Positions 40,301-54,505 of a DNA stretch of 64,000 nucleotides are shown one piece after another. Below the pieces are notes generated by a model. It saw only the letters and a program-made list of their open reading frames with translations. It was not told where the DNA came from and searched no databases. The position numbers and the translations under genes were made by a program. Every line of letters starts with the position of its first letter. The stretch's first letter is position 1. The stretch is from Geosiphon pyriformis uo1 (Eukaryota; Fungi; Glomeromycota), in NCBI GenBank assembly GCA_016748015.1, contig JAAOMT010000597.1, forward strand, positions 845,181 to 909,180. Direction: 5' to 3'.

Positions 40301-43300
40301 TGATGTTTCATAAAATGTTTTTAATAATTTTTTTCCTTATGAGATATTGGTGGATTGTTGAATCTCCCATAATAAACTTTTTTCTATCTTCTTTTGCTCT
40401 ATTTGAAATTAAATACTTGACAAATTATGATAATGTTGGATAAATTGATCTTTATCTATCTCCGTTTGTCTTTCTTCAAAAAAATAAATATAGTTGAATA
40501 TGAAAGAGATGAGAAGGAATGTTTATAAATATATCTCAAAAATTCAAGTGAGATAATATAAATCTATTTTTTTAAATCACTTTAATTAATCAGAGTTTAT
40601 CTTTATCCTTTAATTTGCTTTTAAGGTCTACAAAACACTAGATAAATATATATAAAAAATAGCAGAAGCAGAAGTTGGTCAATGTTGCAAACAAAAAATA
40701 CCAAAAATTTTCTCAAATATAAATATTTCTTGTATAAAATGCATATTATTACAAAATAAATAAACAAACAAACAAACAAACAATAATATCAATAATGTAG
40801 ATAAAAAAGGAAATTTGTAAAATTATTAAAGTTTAATTTATATTCCCAATAAAGTGGTTATTTGTCTGAGTTAATGTTGAATGTAGTATATTTAAAAATA
40901 TATTTTAGTTATTATTGCTATAAAATTAAATAAAAATTATTTTTAATATATTTTAAAGGTAAGAATTTGTAGAAAGAATAATAATTATATTGTTATTTAA
41001 ATAATTTTTTAAATAAACTCTAAATTAATTATTATATATTTTGTATATTTTTACATATTATTGTTAAAGATTTTTACAGTTTTGGAACCAAGATAAAAAT
41101 TTAATTATTTTCTAATGCATGGTTTTCTAAAAAAATAAAATTATCGATATAAAAGCATTTTAAGTAAAAATAGTAATAAAGTTTTTTTATAATTTTATTT
41201 ATACATATATATATATTAAAATATATATATATGTAAAATGCATCATTTGTTAAAAAAAAATATACAATTAGTCTTAGTCGATTGCTTTTGTCTACTTATG
41301 GTTTTTGAATAATATAATCAATATATATATTTGGCAAATTCGTACTAAACAGTTTTTTATCAAAAACAAGATTTAAACACTGTCGAATAATTTTAACCCA
41401 TAACCTAATATTTTTATATTATGTTAAAAAAAAAACTGAATTATGTAACAGCATATAACTTTAAAATAGTTAAATTTGTTATTATATAAAACATACTAAC
41501 CATTAAATAAAAAATACCATGTTCTCATAAATTATTAATCTAAAGGTAAATTAAAAGATTAACGATATGTTTCATTTAATAAAATTAGGTTTAAAGTATT
41601 ATTTTAAGAGCTTCAATATTTTAATTATAGATTAAAGAGTTGAATCTAAAGCTTAGTCTCAAACAAATTTTTTATGTCAATAGCAAGAAGTCTTCCAGCT
41701 GTATTCGTTTCACATTTTCGATTTAAAATCCCAAAGTAGCCACTTATAATAAAAGCTATTGTGTTTCATTCTATTAAAAAAAGAATTTTTGGAAAAAATT
41801 ATAAAGTGCAAAAAAAAAATTATTATTATTAACCTTACCAAAAAGATTTGCCATTAATAATCAATAAAAAATTTGTGTTATAATTTATAATGTTTTAGAA
41901 TCATTTTTATATTAGTTATTGTTTAATATATTAAAACCACTCACTTACTGTATCAATAACAAACATGCCCTATTAGCTTCATTATCATCAGATTTACTTA
42001 CCTTTATGAAAAATGCACATAAAATCTTGAATTTATGTGTATACTTGGAACTCATTAAAGCACAAAATATTCACTTTCTTTGTTGCAAATATTCTCACAA
42101 CATTCTTTAGATCAATTTTATATAGTGAAAAATGATAATTTATATTTTTCTTTAGCATACTTCCTTAAAACTCAAACCATTCTAAAAAATTAAATAAACA
42201 GCTAATAATCAGATATATTTTGAAAAGCAGTGAGATTAATGCTAAAAACTAAAAATTTTTTAAAAAAAAAGGCAAAAAGTTTTTTTTTATTTTCGACTGA
42301 TGATAACGAAATCAAATTTTTTTATGGTTTAATTCTATATTAATAAAAAAAATACAGTATTTATTACATTTTCTGCATTCAGTGAAGATACAAGATATCA
42401 TAAAATAATAAAAATAATTGCTATTATTTATATTAAAATAATTTTTTTTTACATAAATTTTAACAAAATCACCTGAGATTGTATTCTCAAATATCAACCA
42501 AAAATATCTAATTATTCAATAGAAAGGTAGAATCTATAGTTTAGAGGGATAATTTTTTTAGTAATAGACCTTAAATGATAGGGAGAAAAAAAAGTGGAAT
42601 ATTCAATATTGACTATTTTGTACCAACTGTTTAGGTGTGTGATGGAAGTAAAGTAATGATGTGGAACGCTTTTAAAGCAAAAAAGTAGATCAATCTGGTC
42701 ATATAAAATTTTGGGAAAATGATTTATTTCACAATCCATTTAAAAATTTTGTCACTTATTGTCTCAACAAGATAATGCTCTGGATCCATTGAAACCCTGT
42801 CCGATCAGTCAAGGTAGAATAACTATTGATAAAAATATTAATTTGTTTGAAAATATATTTTAAAAAACTCAACAAAGGATTATCTTTTTTTGTAATTTTT
42901 TTCAAAGCTTGGTTTTGTTTTGAGGTTCCTGAATATTTTTAAATATTTTTTTATAATTTTTCGAAATAACACTTGAAAACGAAAACTGAAACAAATTTTT
43001 TGATTTTTAAAATTATCTAAAAGACAATAACCGGTTGAGGTATAAAAAAACAATTATTAAAAAAGTATTTTTGCAAAAACCATTAGTCCTTAAAATTGAT
43101 CAAATAATGTGCTATTTTACTTGAAATCAATATTAAAACTTGAGACCACAGATTTTATTAAAATCAGTCATAATAAGGTAAATAATTTATCTAGTTTCTA
43201 TATACTATATATACTTGAAAAAGATAGAATTTGTGAACACAAGCTTCAAATTTGTGTGATAAAAACAAAAATATCAGCTGAATAGTATTATGAAAACCCT

Positions 43301-43558
43301 TTTTCCTAAGCATATTTAAAATTTTTAACTTATATTATTCTTAAGCAACTTTATTTCTCAACGGCAATTAAAATATAATTGTAAAATTGACGTATGTTCT
43401 ATAAACTTAATGGGAATTAATATTCTAAAAAAAAGCGGTCTAACTTAACTTTTAAGAAAAATTACTCTTAGTCGCAATATAAAATAGTGACCTTGAAAAA
43501 ACTTGTCTCAAAAAAATAAATTTACTTGCTATTAAAAAACAACTTTAAAATTAATAAA

Positions 43559-43627
43559 CCACCATCACCACCACCACTACAACTACAACCACCACCACCA
43601 TACCACCATTACCACCACCATCACCAT

Positions 43628-43678
<51 letters not shown>
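43559..43678. repeat. Compound (CAC)n/(TAC)n microsatellite
   Basis: Direct reading. Confidence 0.95.
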
Positions 43679-43680
<2 letters not shown>

Positions 43681-44974
43681 ATTTCCTAGGTGATTTTGGA
43701 ACATGATGTAACCGAAATAGGGACCATAATGATCATTATTAAGATGCAATTTTGTGTAACTCTTTATTAATTGTGTTTGCGGATAAACAATATTTTGGGA
43801 ATGGTTTAAATTTAGGATACGATATCAATAAATAATTTGGAGGAGAAATTCAAAAATCACCGCATGTTCATGTAAAGTAAACTTATGAAAACACAAATAA
43901 ATTTTTGGATTTAAAGCAGTTACATTGAAGCTCTATCCAAATTTCTTTTTGAACGTGTCTGTATATATAACCTTGGCAGCCATCCTATTTTTATGTGGAA
44001 GCGACCCCCCACAGTCAAACGCATCAATTGACCCAATCATTACCACGGCGAAGGTTTAAGTCAAATAAAATTTACTTTCAGAATTTTCAATTATTGAAAA
44101 ATAAAATAAATTTTACCACCTCCAAGATACGAAGCCGGTGAAAATTTCAGGCTTTATTTGTCATTTCAAAGCCTTTAATTTTTCCCAAATTGACTTTTTC
44201 TTTCAAAGCTAATAAGTTTCTTTTTCAAGACATGCCCTTTTTTTCTATATTTGGGTAAGTTACGGCATCCCACTAATCGCGTAATGTATATTTTAAGATA
44301 TAATTAGAACCATATCCTGAAGAAGCAAAAGAAATTGTCATTTCTGAAATTATCTTTTTACAAAATAAATAAAAGAAATTTGCTCCCCTTTTTTAAAAAA
44401 TTATAATGAATTGAAAACTATACAGATGCATACTATGCAAAGGTTGCATTGGAAGCTAAACATTTTTTCATCTTCAATAATCTCTTTAATAAAAGTTACA
44501 CTTGGGACATCATTAGTTGTAAGGAGTTAGGTAAAAAGATTTCTTTTTTAAATAGGTTCAGTTATAAATGTTTCTACTTGAGAAAAGGTAGGTCTTGAAT
44601 AGGTTTGAAATTATTTTGAGATATTTTTGAATATTTACTGAAGTAAATTCTCTCTACTAGTGTGTTGGTGAAATAATAATAATAATAACATACTTTTGTT
44701 TGTAATCTGTTTAATTTTATAAAGATAAGAGATATTAGAATCAAAAGAGAAAGAATATGATTTTCGTGAGGTAAAACATTTTTAGAAAGTAAAAAGATTC
44801 TCAAGTATCAAAAATAAATTAATAGATTTCGGATCTAATCTTTGGATTTGATTTGTATGAAAATATTTGTGTATGCATCAATAACAATAAAAATTGATAA
44901 AAATAATGATACTAATGATAAATGGCTAGGAATTAATTCATTCTTTTCGCAAACTTGAGATATTTTAACAAAAA

Positions 44975-46472
44975 ATGGTTTCTTTTTGGAAGAGAAATCT
45001 AACTCTTCAAGAATCCAAAAAGGCTTTAAAGCAAATTTTGATCGCACAAATCATAGCGATTAATCTTTTTATCATTTTCATAAATCTTTTATCTCGTCCA
45101 AAACCAAATTTTAATTTTTTTAATCACCCGCAATCAATTTCATTGGCTAAAAAAAATTTAACCAAGAATTGGCTGGTTTCAAAAGATGAAACCTTAAAAA
45201 ATAGACATAAAAAAAGGCTTTTCACAAAAAGGAACTCCCTTGATTCTTTATATATAAAAATTCGAGTTCAGGATGAAAATCTTTTGAAATTTTTTGCTAG
45301 CAAAGCAAATTTAGCCTGGATAGCGCATTGTAATCTAAAATATTTATATAACCGGGGAGAAGGTAAATATTAGAATTTTTTAAATATTAACTTTTTCATA
45401 TCCTGATACATTTGAAAACCGCTCTTGAACCAGTCAAAAATAGGGTTTCGGCTTCTTCTTTAGCGCATGATCAATCGAAAATTACGTTTAGTTTTGCAAC
45501 AGCTATTTTTAAAAAGTTTTCCAAGATGGCATTTGTTCACAGAAGACATAATCAAGCTATTAAATTTCCTAATACACCTGGTGCCTGGGTTATTCAGAGT
45601 TCTTACCTAAAATGGAGAGACTATACTAAAATACAATTTTTCTACGGTTTTCAAAAGTATTTGAGAAACTTACCGATCCAGCCTGATTTTTCTGACTTTG
45701 AATTTACTGGATTTGGTGAAAGTAGCTGTAAGTTTCTTTTTCTTTTAATAATAAAGAAAAATAAAAAAAAAACTGAACCATATTATGATTTGATTTTCAT
45801 GTCTAAATTCTATTCTTTTCAAATTAGCCTATGCAATCTTTGCTGCTCTTGAATTTTCAGAAAGGTATCAACCAAAAAAGAAGCCGATTGTTGTTACTTT
45901 CGGCCAGCCCAAAATAGGAAATGAAGTTTTTACTGCTTTTGCTCACTCCAAACTTGAGGTAAATATACATTGATTTTTAGATTAAAATCTCGAAAATCTT
46001 GCTAGAATTCTCAATTGAAACCGAATTTCCAGATCTTTCGTGTCACACTTGCAGACGATTTACTACCATTAATACCCATGATAGGATCAAGAAATGAAAA
46101 GTACACGCATTTTAAACCAGAGTTTTGGATTGAAGGTGAATCCAATTGTGCATGTTCGACAAATGCCTACCCAATTGTGTATAAGTGCTTTTGCCCGCAT
46201 TCTTTCAAAGAGCATCCGGTACGAATTGGAATTTCAAATTTTCTAAATACTGAAATTTTTGTGCTCTATTATTAATGGTTTAAGATTTTTAGGAATGCAA
46301 TAATCGTGATCGTAACCTCAAACTTGTTCATGCTGCTACAATCATGGAAAATAATGATGACTTTCGTCATGGACCATATTTTGGGAAAAATTTTACGAAT
46401 TGTGAAAATGCAAGTTCAGATAATGTTCGATACGTTATTTATCAAAGTCCAATTCTAAGAATAAAAGAATAA
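44975..46472 (+). CDS. Lipase class 3 (alpha/beta hydrolase) fold protein lacking the nucleophile Ser; exons 44975-45362, 45434-45727, 45828-45958, 46033-46218, 46293-46472
   Basis: Four in-phase GT..AG introns. Motifs: FTGFGESSSYAIFAALEF, VVTFGQPKIGNEVF, IFRVTLADDLLPLIP, YTHFKPEFWI, HGPYFG. N-terminal hydrophobic stretch ILIAQIIAINLFIIFINLL. The start codon is the least certain part. Confidence 0.85.
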
Positions 46473-49400
46473 ATTTGTCTCACATAATAAATATGATATT
46501 TTATTCAAATAATTATTAAAAAATATCTATTATATTACTTTTAAAACCATATGATTCTTCAAAGAATTTTCTATTGATATTTACTTTTTATTAAATTTTT
46601 GATAAGATTGCAGTGTTATCTTTAATTGCAATAAATATTTATAAATAACTAATTTATAAGTGAAATATATTTATTGAACTAATAAAAAAATAATCAAATT
46701 CTTAAATCAACAAATCACATTTATTAGTCACAAATTTTAATAAATTTATTTTTTATTATTAAATTTCAATAAAGCAAATAAAAATAATAAAAACTATGAT
46801 AATTTAAAATTAAGTTTAATTTTAATTACTCTAAAACATGAATTTTAATATTTTTATAAATCACAATTTTTGTCTTAAATAAATATAAACATAAAATTAG
46901 ATTATTATTAATATTTTTAATAAATAAATATAATATATACATGATTTTTTTAAATAGGTTATTATTATATTTTAATAGATCTGCAAATAAATTAAGAGTC
47001 ACTTGCTTAAGAATATACAAACAATGTCTACAAAATTTAAATCTGATTGCTTTTTTCAAGCATAATGCCAATAGTCTATTTTTGTGTCACATTCCGAAAA
47101 TGACAACATTTTTAAAACTTAATAGTCTGCTAAAATTACAATATACTATATGTGAAACTGAATTATGCTTTATTAAGATTTTAAAATATTAAAAAATACA
47201 TCTATATAAATTTGGTGGTTTTTTAAAATTAATAAACCAAATTTTTAGTTGTTTTTTATTTATTTTTCAAATTTCAAAAGTTTATTTTAATTTGTGTAAG
47301 ATAATAATAACTCTGTTTTAATCTTTTTACAATTATAAACAAAAATATATTAATCAGTTTTAAAATAATAAAATTAACAAAAATTTTATTAATTAAGCAT
47401 TAAATATGTGAAATTGATTTAAAGTCAATAGAAATAGTAAACAAAAGTACTCAATTTATTTCCTTATTTTACATTCATTGTTTTATAAAGATAACAAATT
47501 CATTTGAATGCCTAATTTTTTTTATTTGTGATAGGAATCTGTATTGCAAGATATTATCAAATTACATAAAAGTTATTTGTTCTACTTATAAAAATTATAT
47601 AATTTCAATTTTTATACTTTTATATATATTTTAATAAAACATTAATTAATAAACAAGATGAAATAACAAAACAGTTTGTTTTATAAAAAATAATTTTTTT
47701 TATTTGTCAAATGATTATTAACTTTTTTTTTCACATAAATTCTAATAAGAATATCGAAGTCTAATATTTATTAATTTTTTCAATTTCAAGAGTATTTTTG
47801 CAGAAAAAGAATAATATTTATTATTATAAAAATTATTTTATAAATTTTAGTTATTAGCCAATTCAGTTATTATTTATATTAAAAACAGTATATTATTTTA
47901 CTTCTGTTTCAAATTTTAATCAAAGAAAATATCATGTAGTTATGAATTGTGCAAGCTATTAGTTAAAAAAAAATTAGTTTTAATTTTATAAATATAATAA
48001 ATTAAATAATCTGTTTCAAATAATATTTTTTACTCTATCAAGATAATGAAATTTTATCAATTGGAGTTATTTCAAATATGCTACTCAAATTAATGATGCT
48101 ATAGCAAATTCAAATAAGATTTCTTCGAAATACAGAAGATTAAAATATAACACAGTATATTAAAATTGGAGACCATCTTACTAAATAATATTTTCTGGAT
48201 TTTTACATTAGAACAAAGCAAATCTAAAGTATAAATTAAAAATTTATCATATTTTTTAAGAAAAGTTAGTATAAATATTTATCCTCTTTAATTTGAACAG
48301 ACACTAGTTATGAAAATTCATCTATAAATACTAATTATTCTCATCGTAACAAAATGATTCCATTTGGAGCACGTAAAATAAAATATTCATTTTGAGAATA
48401 TCGCATTTTTAAATATTAATATTTTTATATATAATAATAATGAGACTAAATCAATTCCGAGGGAAAGTGTATTTGCAAACTTAAAATATTGTTATGTGAA
48501 GGTGGATGATAGAAATATTAGAGTATATGTTGACTTGATTATTTTCAATAATAATTTATGAAAGATGCACATTAAAATTAATTTTTTATGGAATCTGTAA
48601 ATTTTGTTAATTCAAAACAGATTAATGTATTGTTGTTAGTTTTTAGCTTTCTGGAAAATTCATTTTAAAGATTAATTATTCATTTATTCATTCATTTGCT
48701 TATTATTATTATTTTTGAATGCTTAAATGGATAAAAATTATTCATGAAGGCAAGACAGCTTTTCTATTATGAAAATTTTAAATGTTACTATCTAACTAAA
48801 ATATCTACTCTGATTGGGTACTTGTAGCATACACCATAATCATAAACTATAAATGTGTAAACATGTTTTTTGTTCTATTTTGCAAATATTGGTACATTAG
48901 ATATTTTATGTTTAAAGTATGTCTAATTGGGTTTTTAGTGTCCAAACATTCTTGTAAGATTTAAAGATTTAATTTTGCGAGATATATTTCAATTTTGTAA
49001 ACAAAAATATTTTACAACTAATAATTTAGATTAACTAAATGAGAAATTTTATGCTTGATCAAATTAAATATCTAATATAATTACTTTTTAACTAGATAAC
49101 TTTTTGTTAACATACTTTTGTAAATTATATTATACTTTTAATAAAGTTCTTATAAGCTTAATAATTCTAAAATTTAGTTTTATTACTTGAATTTATAGTG
49201 TTTTGATTTTGTTTTATGTTTGATCACATTTTTACCAATTTAATACTAAGAAACAATAAATTAATTTCTCTTTAAATACATATTTAGTCAATTTTGCTTT
49301 TTGATTTTTCTCTACAGATATATTTATAATAAGAACGTTTTTCTTAAAAAATATACATTACTTATTATTTTAAAATTGCTTAATACTGCTGACAAGCTTA

Positions 49401-51899
49401 TTCTAAAAAAATTATTAATTATTTTTAAAACTTTTTAATTCAATATCATATAAAAAAGCTAAGAAGAAATTTTGCAACTTTGCATAATATCTTATCTATA
49501 CATGATTTATTACAAAAATTCTGTACTAAAACAGCTCTTAAAAATTCAGCTATAGTTTTTAACACCAAAGATTTTATTTTCCTTAGTAAAAATATTTTTT
49601 TTCTTAATTTTAACTCAGAATGGCTTTAATGTAAAATAATCAAAAATATATAAAAAGATTATAAAATAGAAGTTGCTAAATTAGATAAAAATATTTAGTA
49701 AAAAAAAGTTTTTGACTGAACAAATAAAAATTTTGCCACTTTTAAAAAATCTATTAAAAAATTTTTATCTTTAATTTGGTTTTTCAATATTTCTAGTTGA
49801 CTTTTATTAAAAAGTTAAACCAATCTTATCTTGAAATTTATACAAAGATATTTTACATTATTATTTTGTGCTGAATAATTATTAAAAATCTGTAAACATT
49901 TATTTATTATGTTTTTGTTACTTAAATATTAATTTAAAGCTTTTAGAATTAGATAATATAAAATAGTTTAATTATTTAATTCAATAAATACTTTTTTTAA
50001 AAATCAAACCTAAAATTATTTTACTTTTTTACTTTAAAACAATCAAGACAAATTAATTTCAGCTAATTTTTGTTGGTTATATAATAATAAAAAAGCAACA
50101 ATTAATGTTATTAAAGTAAAAAAAACTAGTTAATTAATTGCCATTTTTGGTATAAATATTTTAAAAAAAAAGTGTTATTTTTTTGTTTGAAAATAACAAA
50201 ATTTGAAAAGCTAAATTTAGCAAATTTGTTGAAGAATATAAATTTTATAATGGCAATTTAATGAATCCACTTTTAAAAATTGTAATATTTTTTGTAAAGT
50301 ACTCATTTTAAAAATAATAAAGATTGTTATTATATAAAAACAACAGATTATAACTATATTATAATGTCTAGATTTGAAAATCAACAGACGGATTTTTTTT
50401 AAAAGAGTATAAAGTTTTTCAATTATAAAAATATAAACTTTGTTTTTATATAATTTGATTATATTCTGAAAACTATATTATTTAAAAAATATTCATAAGC
50501 AAAATATTTTAAAAGTTGTTCATAATAAAAAATAATTCTTAAATTTTAAGTTTTTATTTTAAACTAGAATCATAAAACGTTTTTAACTAGAATAGTTTTA
50601 AAATTTAAAAAAAATAGAAAGTTTTTATTAAGTAAATTTTAAAAAAAAATTTTAATCAAATTGAAAGATCATTTAAAATTTATTTAATTAAAACAATTTA
50701 TTTTTTATTTTTTTATAATATATAAATTTTTAATAAGAGACTAAGAAAAAGTTTATCACTTTTACAGGAATTATAGCTCTCGCTTGAGTTTGATTAATAG
50801 CCCATGTTTTCTTACCAATTAATTTTAAATATTTTTATAAATTAAGAACAGTAGTCCTTTTTTATGGCAAATTGGTAAGTATTGATTTTTATTGTCTTAT
50901 TTTTTTGGTAATTTACAGCCCTGGTTATTTGCATGGTTTTTTTTAATCAGAAATAACCACTAGTTAGTAACCAACTTTGTTTTTTCCAAATTAGCCTATC
51001 TAATTTTTACTTTTTGCCAAGTTGCAATCTAATTTAATTAATTTTATTATGTTTAAATACAACCATTTTTACAGCTTCATAAGATGTTCTTATTAAAATT
51101 CTTTTAATTTAAACACATATGCACAAATTTAATACGATTTTGTTGTTTTTGGTCACGTTTCTAACAGCAATTTTATTTATTTCAAAAGTAAATACAGCTT
51201 AGATCTAATTTAATTACTTTTTTATATTATTTTGAAGTTAATATGGAGTATAGAAGAATCGAGCAAATCGTTTATTATATATTATAAGGGTAACAAAAAT
51301 CTCATAACTTTGATTTTGGTTGAGAAAGATTGGCAAAACAATTTTTAGGGGTTTGTGAGTCACTATTTACTACAAGATTACTTGAAAAAAAGTTAAGAAA
51401 TACACATGCAATAAATATTAATATTGTAAGTAAGAAAAATGCATAAATGTTTTAAATCTTGTTTGCAGTAAATAGTATCACCATTTAAATTTTCTTTTGT
51501 GATAAAAAGTATCATCCTTTAAATTTTGTTTTGTATGTAAATATCTAGTAAAAAACATTCACAGATCACACATTTTATATTTTATATAAAAAACATCAAA
51601 GTTTTGAAGGTAAACTTTTATACTTGGGATTATAGACACATGGATGTGAGACATGTATTTTAAAAATGCCCAAAATTTTTAATAATAATAATAATAATAA
51701 TTTATTACTGACTATTGTCTTATTTTCTCTTTTAATTTTATTATATCAAAGTTTCTCAATATGTTGGAAAATTTAATCATATTTAACCCCCCCTCCAGTC
51801 CTTAAAAGTGCCAATTTATTATTTCTGGTTTTAAAAAGCTTAGAGCTGGCAACTCTAAATCATAATATGAATCAAACATTATAAAAATTGTACAGTAAA

Positions 51900-52933
51900 T
51901 CAACCACAAAAACGATTAATAGATCCTAAAATAAACGAGATGTTTTGGGATAGATTATTAACAGCAAAATATTATACATCAGACTATGTTTCAAACGATA
52001 TAAAGGCTTAGAAATTGAATTCTAGTGAGAGTTTAAAAGGTTTTGATTCTTATTAAATTTGAAAAACTTTGAATACTTGGTTTAAAATTAATGTGCATTG
52101 TAAGCACTTGATAGTGATTGTAAATTTTAGAGACAAGAAATTATAAAATTTTTTATTTTTTATCATCCATAATCTCTAATGTGATCAGAAACTCAAATCT
52201 TAAATATTCAATTTCATTAATCAAAGGACTTTTGTTGACAAAATATGAATGGACAACTTGAAGAACTAAGCTAATAACATTTAAAGTCGTGAATTTTTGA
52301 ACACAATGACTTAATTAAGGTCAACAAAGATTGGTACAAAGATGTTTTTGAAATTAAAGACATTGTAATCAATAGACTTATTGATGTAATAGACTTGGAT
52401 GTATCAAGTTATTATGCTCACATAGATTTGGGCACAAAAATTAAGGAGATTCTATTTATTGGACATGCAATTGGTGGTGGTATGTTTTTAATAAAAAATT
52501 ATAGAATGCAAACAAATAACATTTATTTTTACTAGAAAAATTTAATATTATATGCAACAATCACTGCACTTTATTGGAGAATTTATTTATCTAGTCATTC
52601 ATATTCTAATACAAATGAAATCAAAACCCGAGTTATTACCTTTGGTGGATTTGCTCGACTGGTTAACAAACTATAAAATATTGTATGACTCACCTATTTT
52701 AACAATCATGTCCCATATTTTCTACTGCATAAGGTTAATAATAATAATCTTTGGAAAAATTTAGAGACAGAGTATTGGATTTCGCCATCATGTGAATGTG
52801 AACCAGAAGTATATATTCAAAAAAATTTATTCTATGAGTGTAGAGGATTTGACTATGAGTCAACAGCTTAAAATATTTCTTCTAAACTTATCTTTAGATG
52901 GGAATATATCTGAAGAAAATGAGGTAGTCTTTG

Positions 52934-52970
<37 letters not shown>

Positions 52971-53096
52971 TATTATTGTTGTTATTGTTGTTATTTTTTA
53001 AAAACTTTTAATTTTTAAATGAATGCAATGCTGGCCAGTTAATAAATGTGATTTTATACATACAGGACCATACTTTGGAACAATGATTGATTGGTA
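51900..53096 (+). pseudogene. Decayed paralog of the lipase_3-like gene
   Basis: ILFIGHAIGG|gtatg (motif at 52461-52478), VITFGG, ETEYWISPSCECEP and ECNAGQ...HTGPYFGTMI. Contains stops, frameshifts and damaged splice sites. Confidence 0.75.
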
Positions 53097-53427
53097 GCTT
53101 TAAAATTAAATTTTTTAAAGCAAATTTTAATTTAAGGGTTTTTAATTTTGATAAACAGCGAGTTTTTTACAGTCTTGCAGAAAGTAATGGTGAACGAATT
53201 TTTTAAATATTTAATATATACTAGTTTTTTATATGAGCCTTCAGGTCCCAAATTAAACATAAGTAAGCATGAATAATCTTCAATATTTAATTTTTGGGAA
53301 GAATAAATATTTTATTCAATTGAAATTGCTATTATTGCAATATTATTTTATAGGAAAAGTAAGGAATCTATAATTATTTTAAGTTTTAAAATGAATTGAA
53401 CATTTAATAGCTTTTATTCATTTAAGG

Positions 53428-54007
53428 CAGTGATGTTTGCTGGAATGTCCAGTGGGATTTACTGGCTTGGCAAAATTTTTTCTCTATTAAAATGTTCCCA
53501 TCAATGAGATTGCCAATGAGTCTACCAATGAATCTACTAACAAACTAAATGAATATAAGATGGATAATGAACAAGACGAATTGTAAGATATCAAACCATC
53601 AAGTATAATAACGCCCAATGATTGGGAAAATCAATTATGTGACTGAAAACAGATGTTAATAGATGAGGAAATTGCCAGATTAGAAGATGAAAAAGCAGAA
53701 CGTAATAATAATGGCAATATGGAAGATAATTTGTTAAGTAATTACAGACAACTAGTAATAGATAACAGAGCAAAATGGGAACTGAGTAGTATATTTGGTT
53801 TATTGTTTCAAAAACCAAATTTTATAAATAATAACAATAAGTTTTCACTATTAATGTATACAATTTTATTGGTTACATTATTTACTATGCTTACATTTTG
53901 ATTGGTTAACATTATATTAGTTTCAATGAGAGTTTCCATTGGAATTACTAGAACTCTAGAAAAATCTGGATGTTCAGTGGAATTCCAGAAGTCCAGTGCC
54001 AACACTG
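53428..54007 (+). mobile_element. Non-autonomous hAT-type element (580 bp) with 8-bp target site duplication
   Basis: ATTTAAGG flanks both ends (53420-53427 and 54008-54015). The ends are CAGTGATG... and ...CAACACTG, with subterminal ccagtgg motifs. Internally it carries an acidic fragment ending IDNRAKWELSSIF, probably a transposase C-terminus. Confidence 0.8.
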
Positions 54008-54505
54008 ATTTAAGGTAATAGTTTTGCAATTATTTTTTCTACATTGGTTTTAGTCACTACTTTTATCAGTGAAATTTTGATTCAAGAAATCTTATTTTTA
54101 AAAAATGCAAAATTGAGATTATGAAGAAAATTTTTACTTTTTTTGAGCTCTCAAATTTTTTTTATTGAATACTTATTAAAGTATTTTATATTAAAGTGCA
54201 TAAGAAATATTTAAAATTTAAAATTTAATTGGTAAGAGAAACACAAATATGTACTTGAAAGTTAAATTTCTCATGCTCTTTAAATAAAAAGCCTTTTATG
54301 GTTTTGGCCTGTGATCAAACTTAAATTTAAAAGATTATTATTATTATTTCAACTTATAATTTTTAAAGTATTTTTGATTTAAGATAGAAATGCGTTATTC
54401 TTTTAACTTTATGGTGGGAGTAATAAAATAAAAATAATCTGCCATTAAAAATTTATGATATAGGTAGCATAAGCTTTAGAAAATGTAAATAAAAGCAAAT
54501 TTATT

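Noticed and set aside
46800-51800. Short AT-rich ORFs and possible transposon ends
   Set aside because: Composition-driven ORFs; no TIR/TSD pair confirmed.
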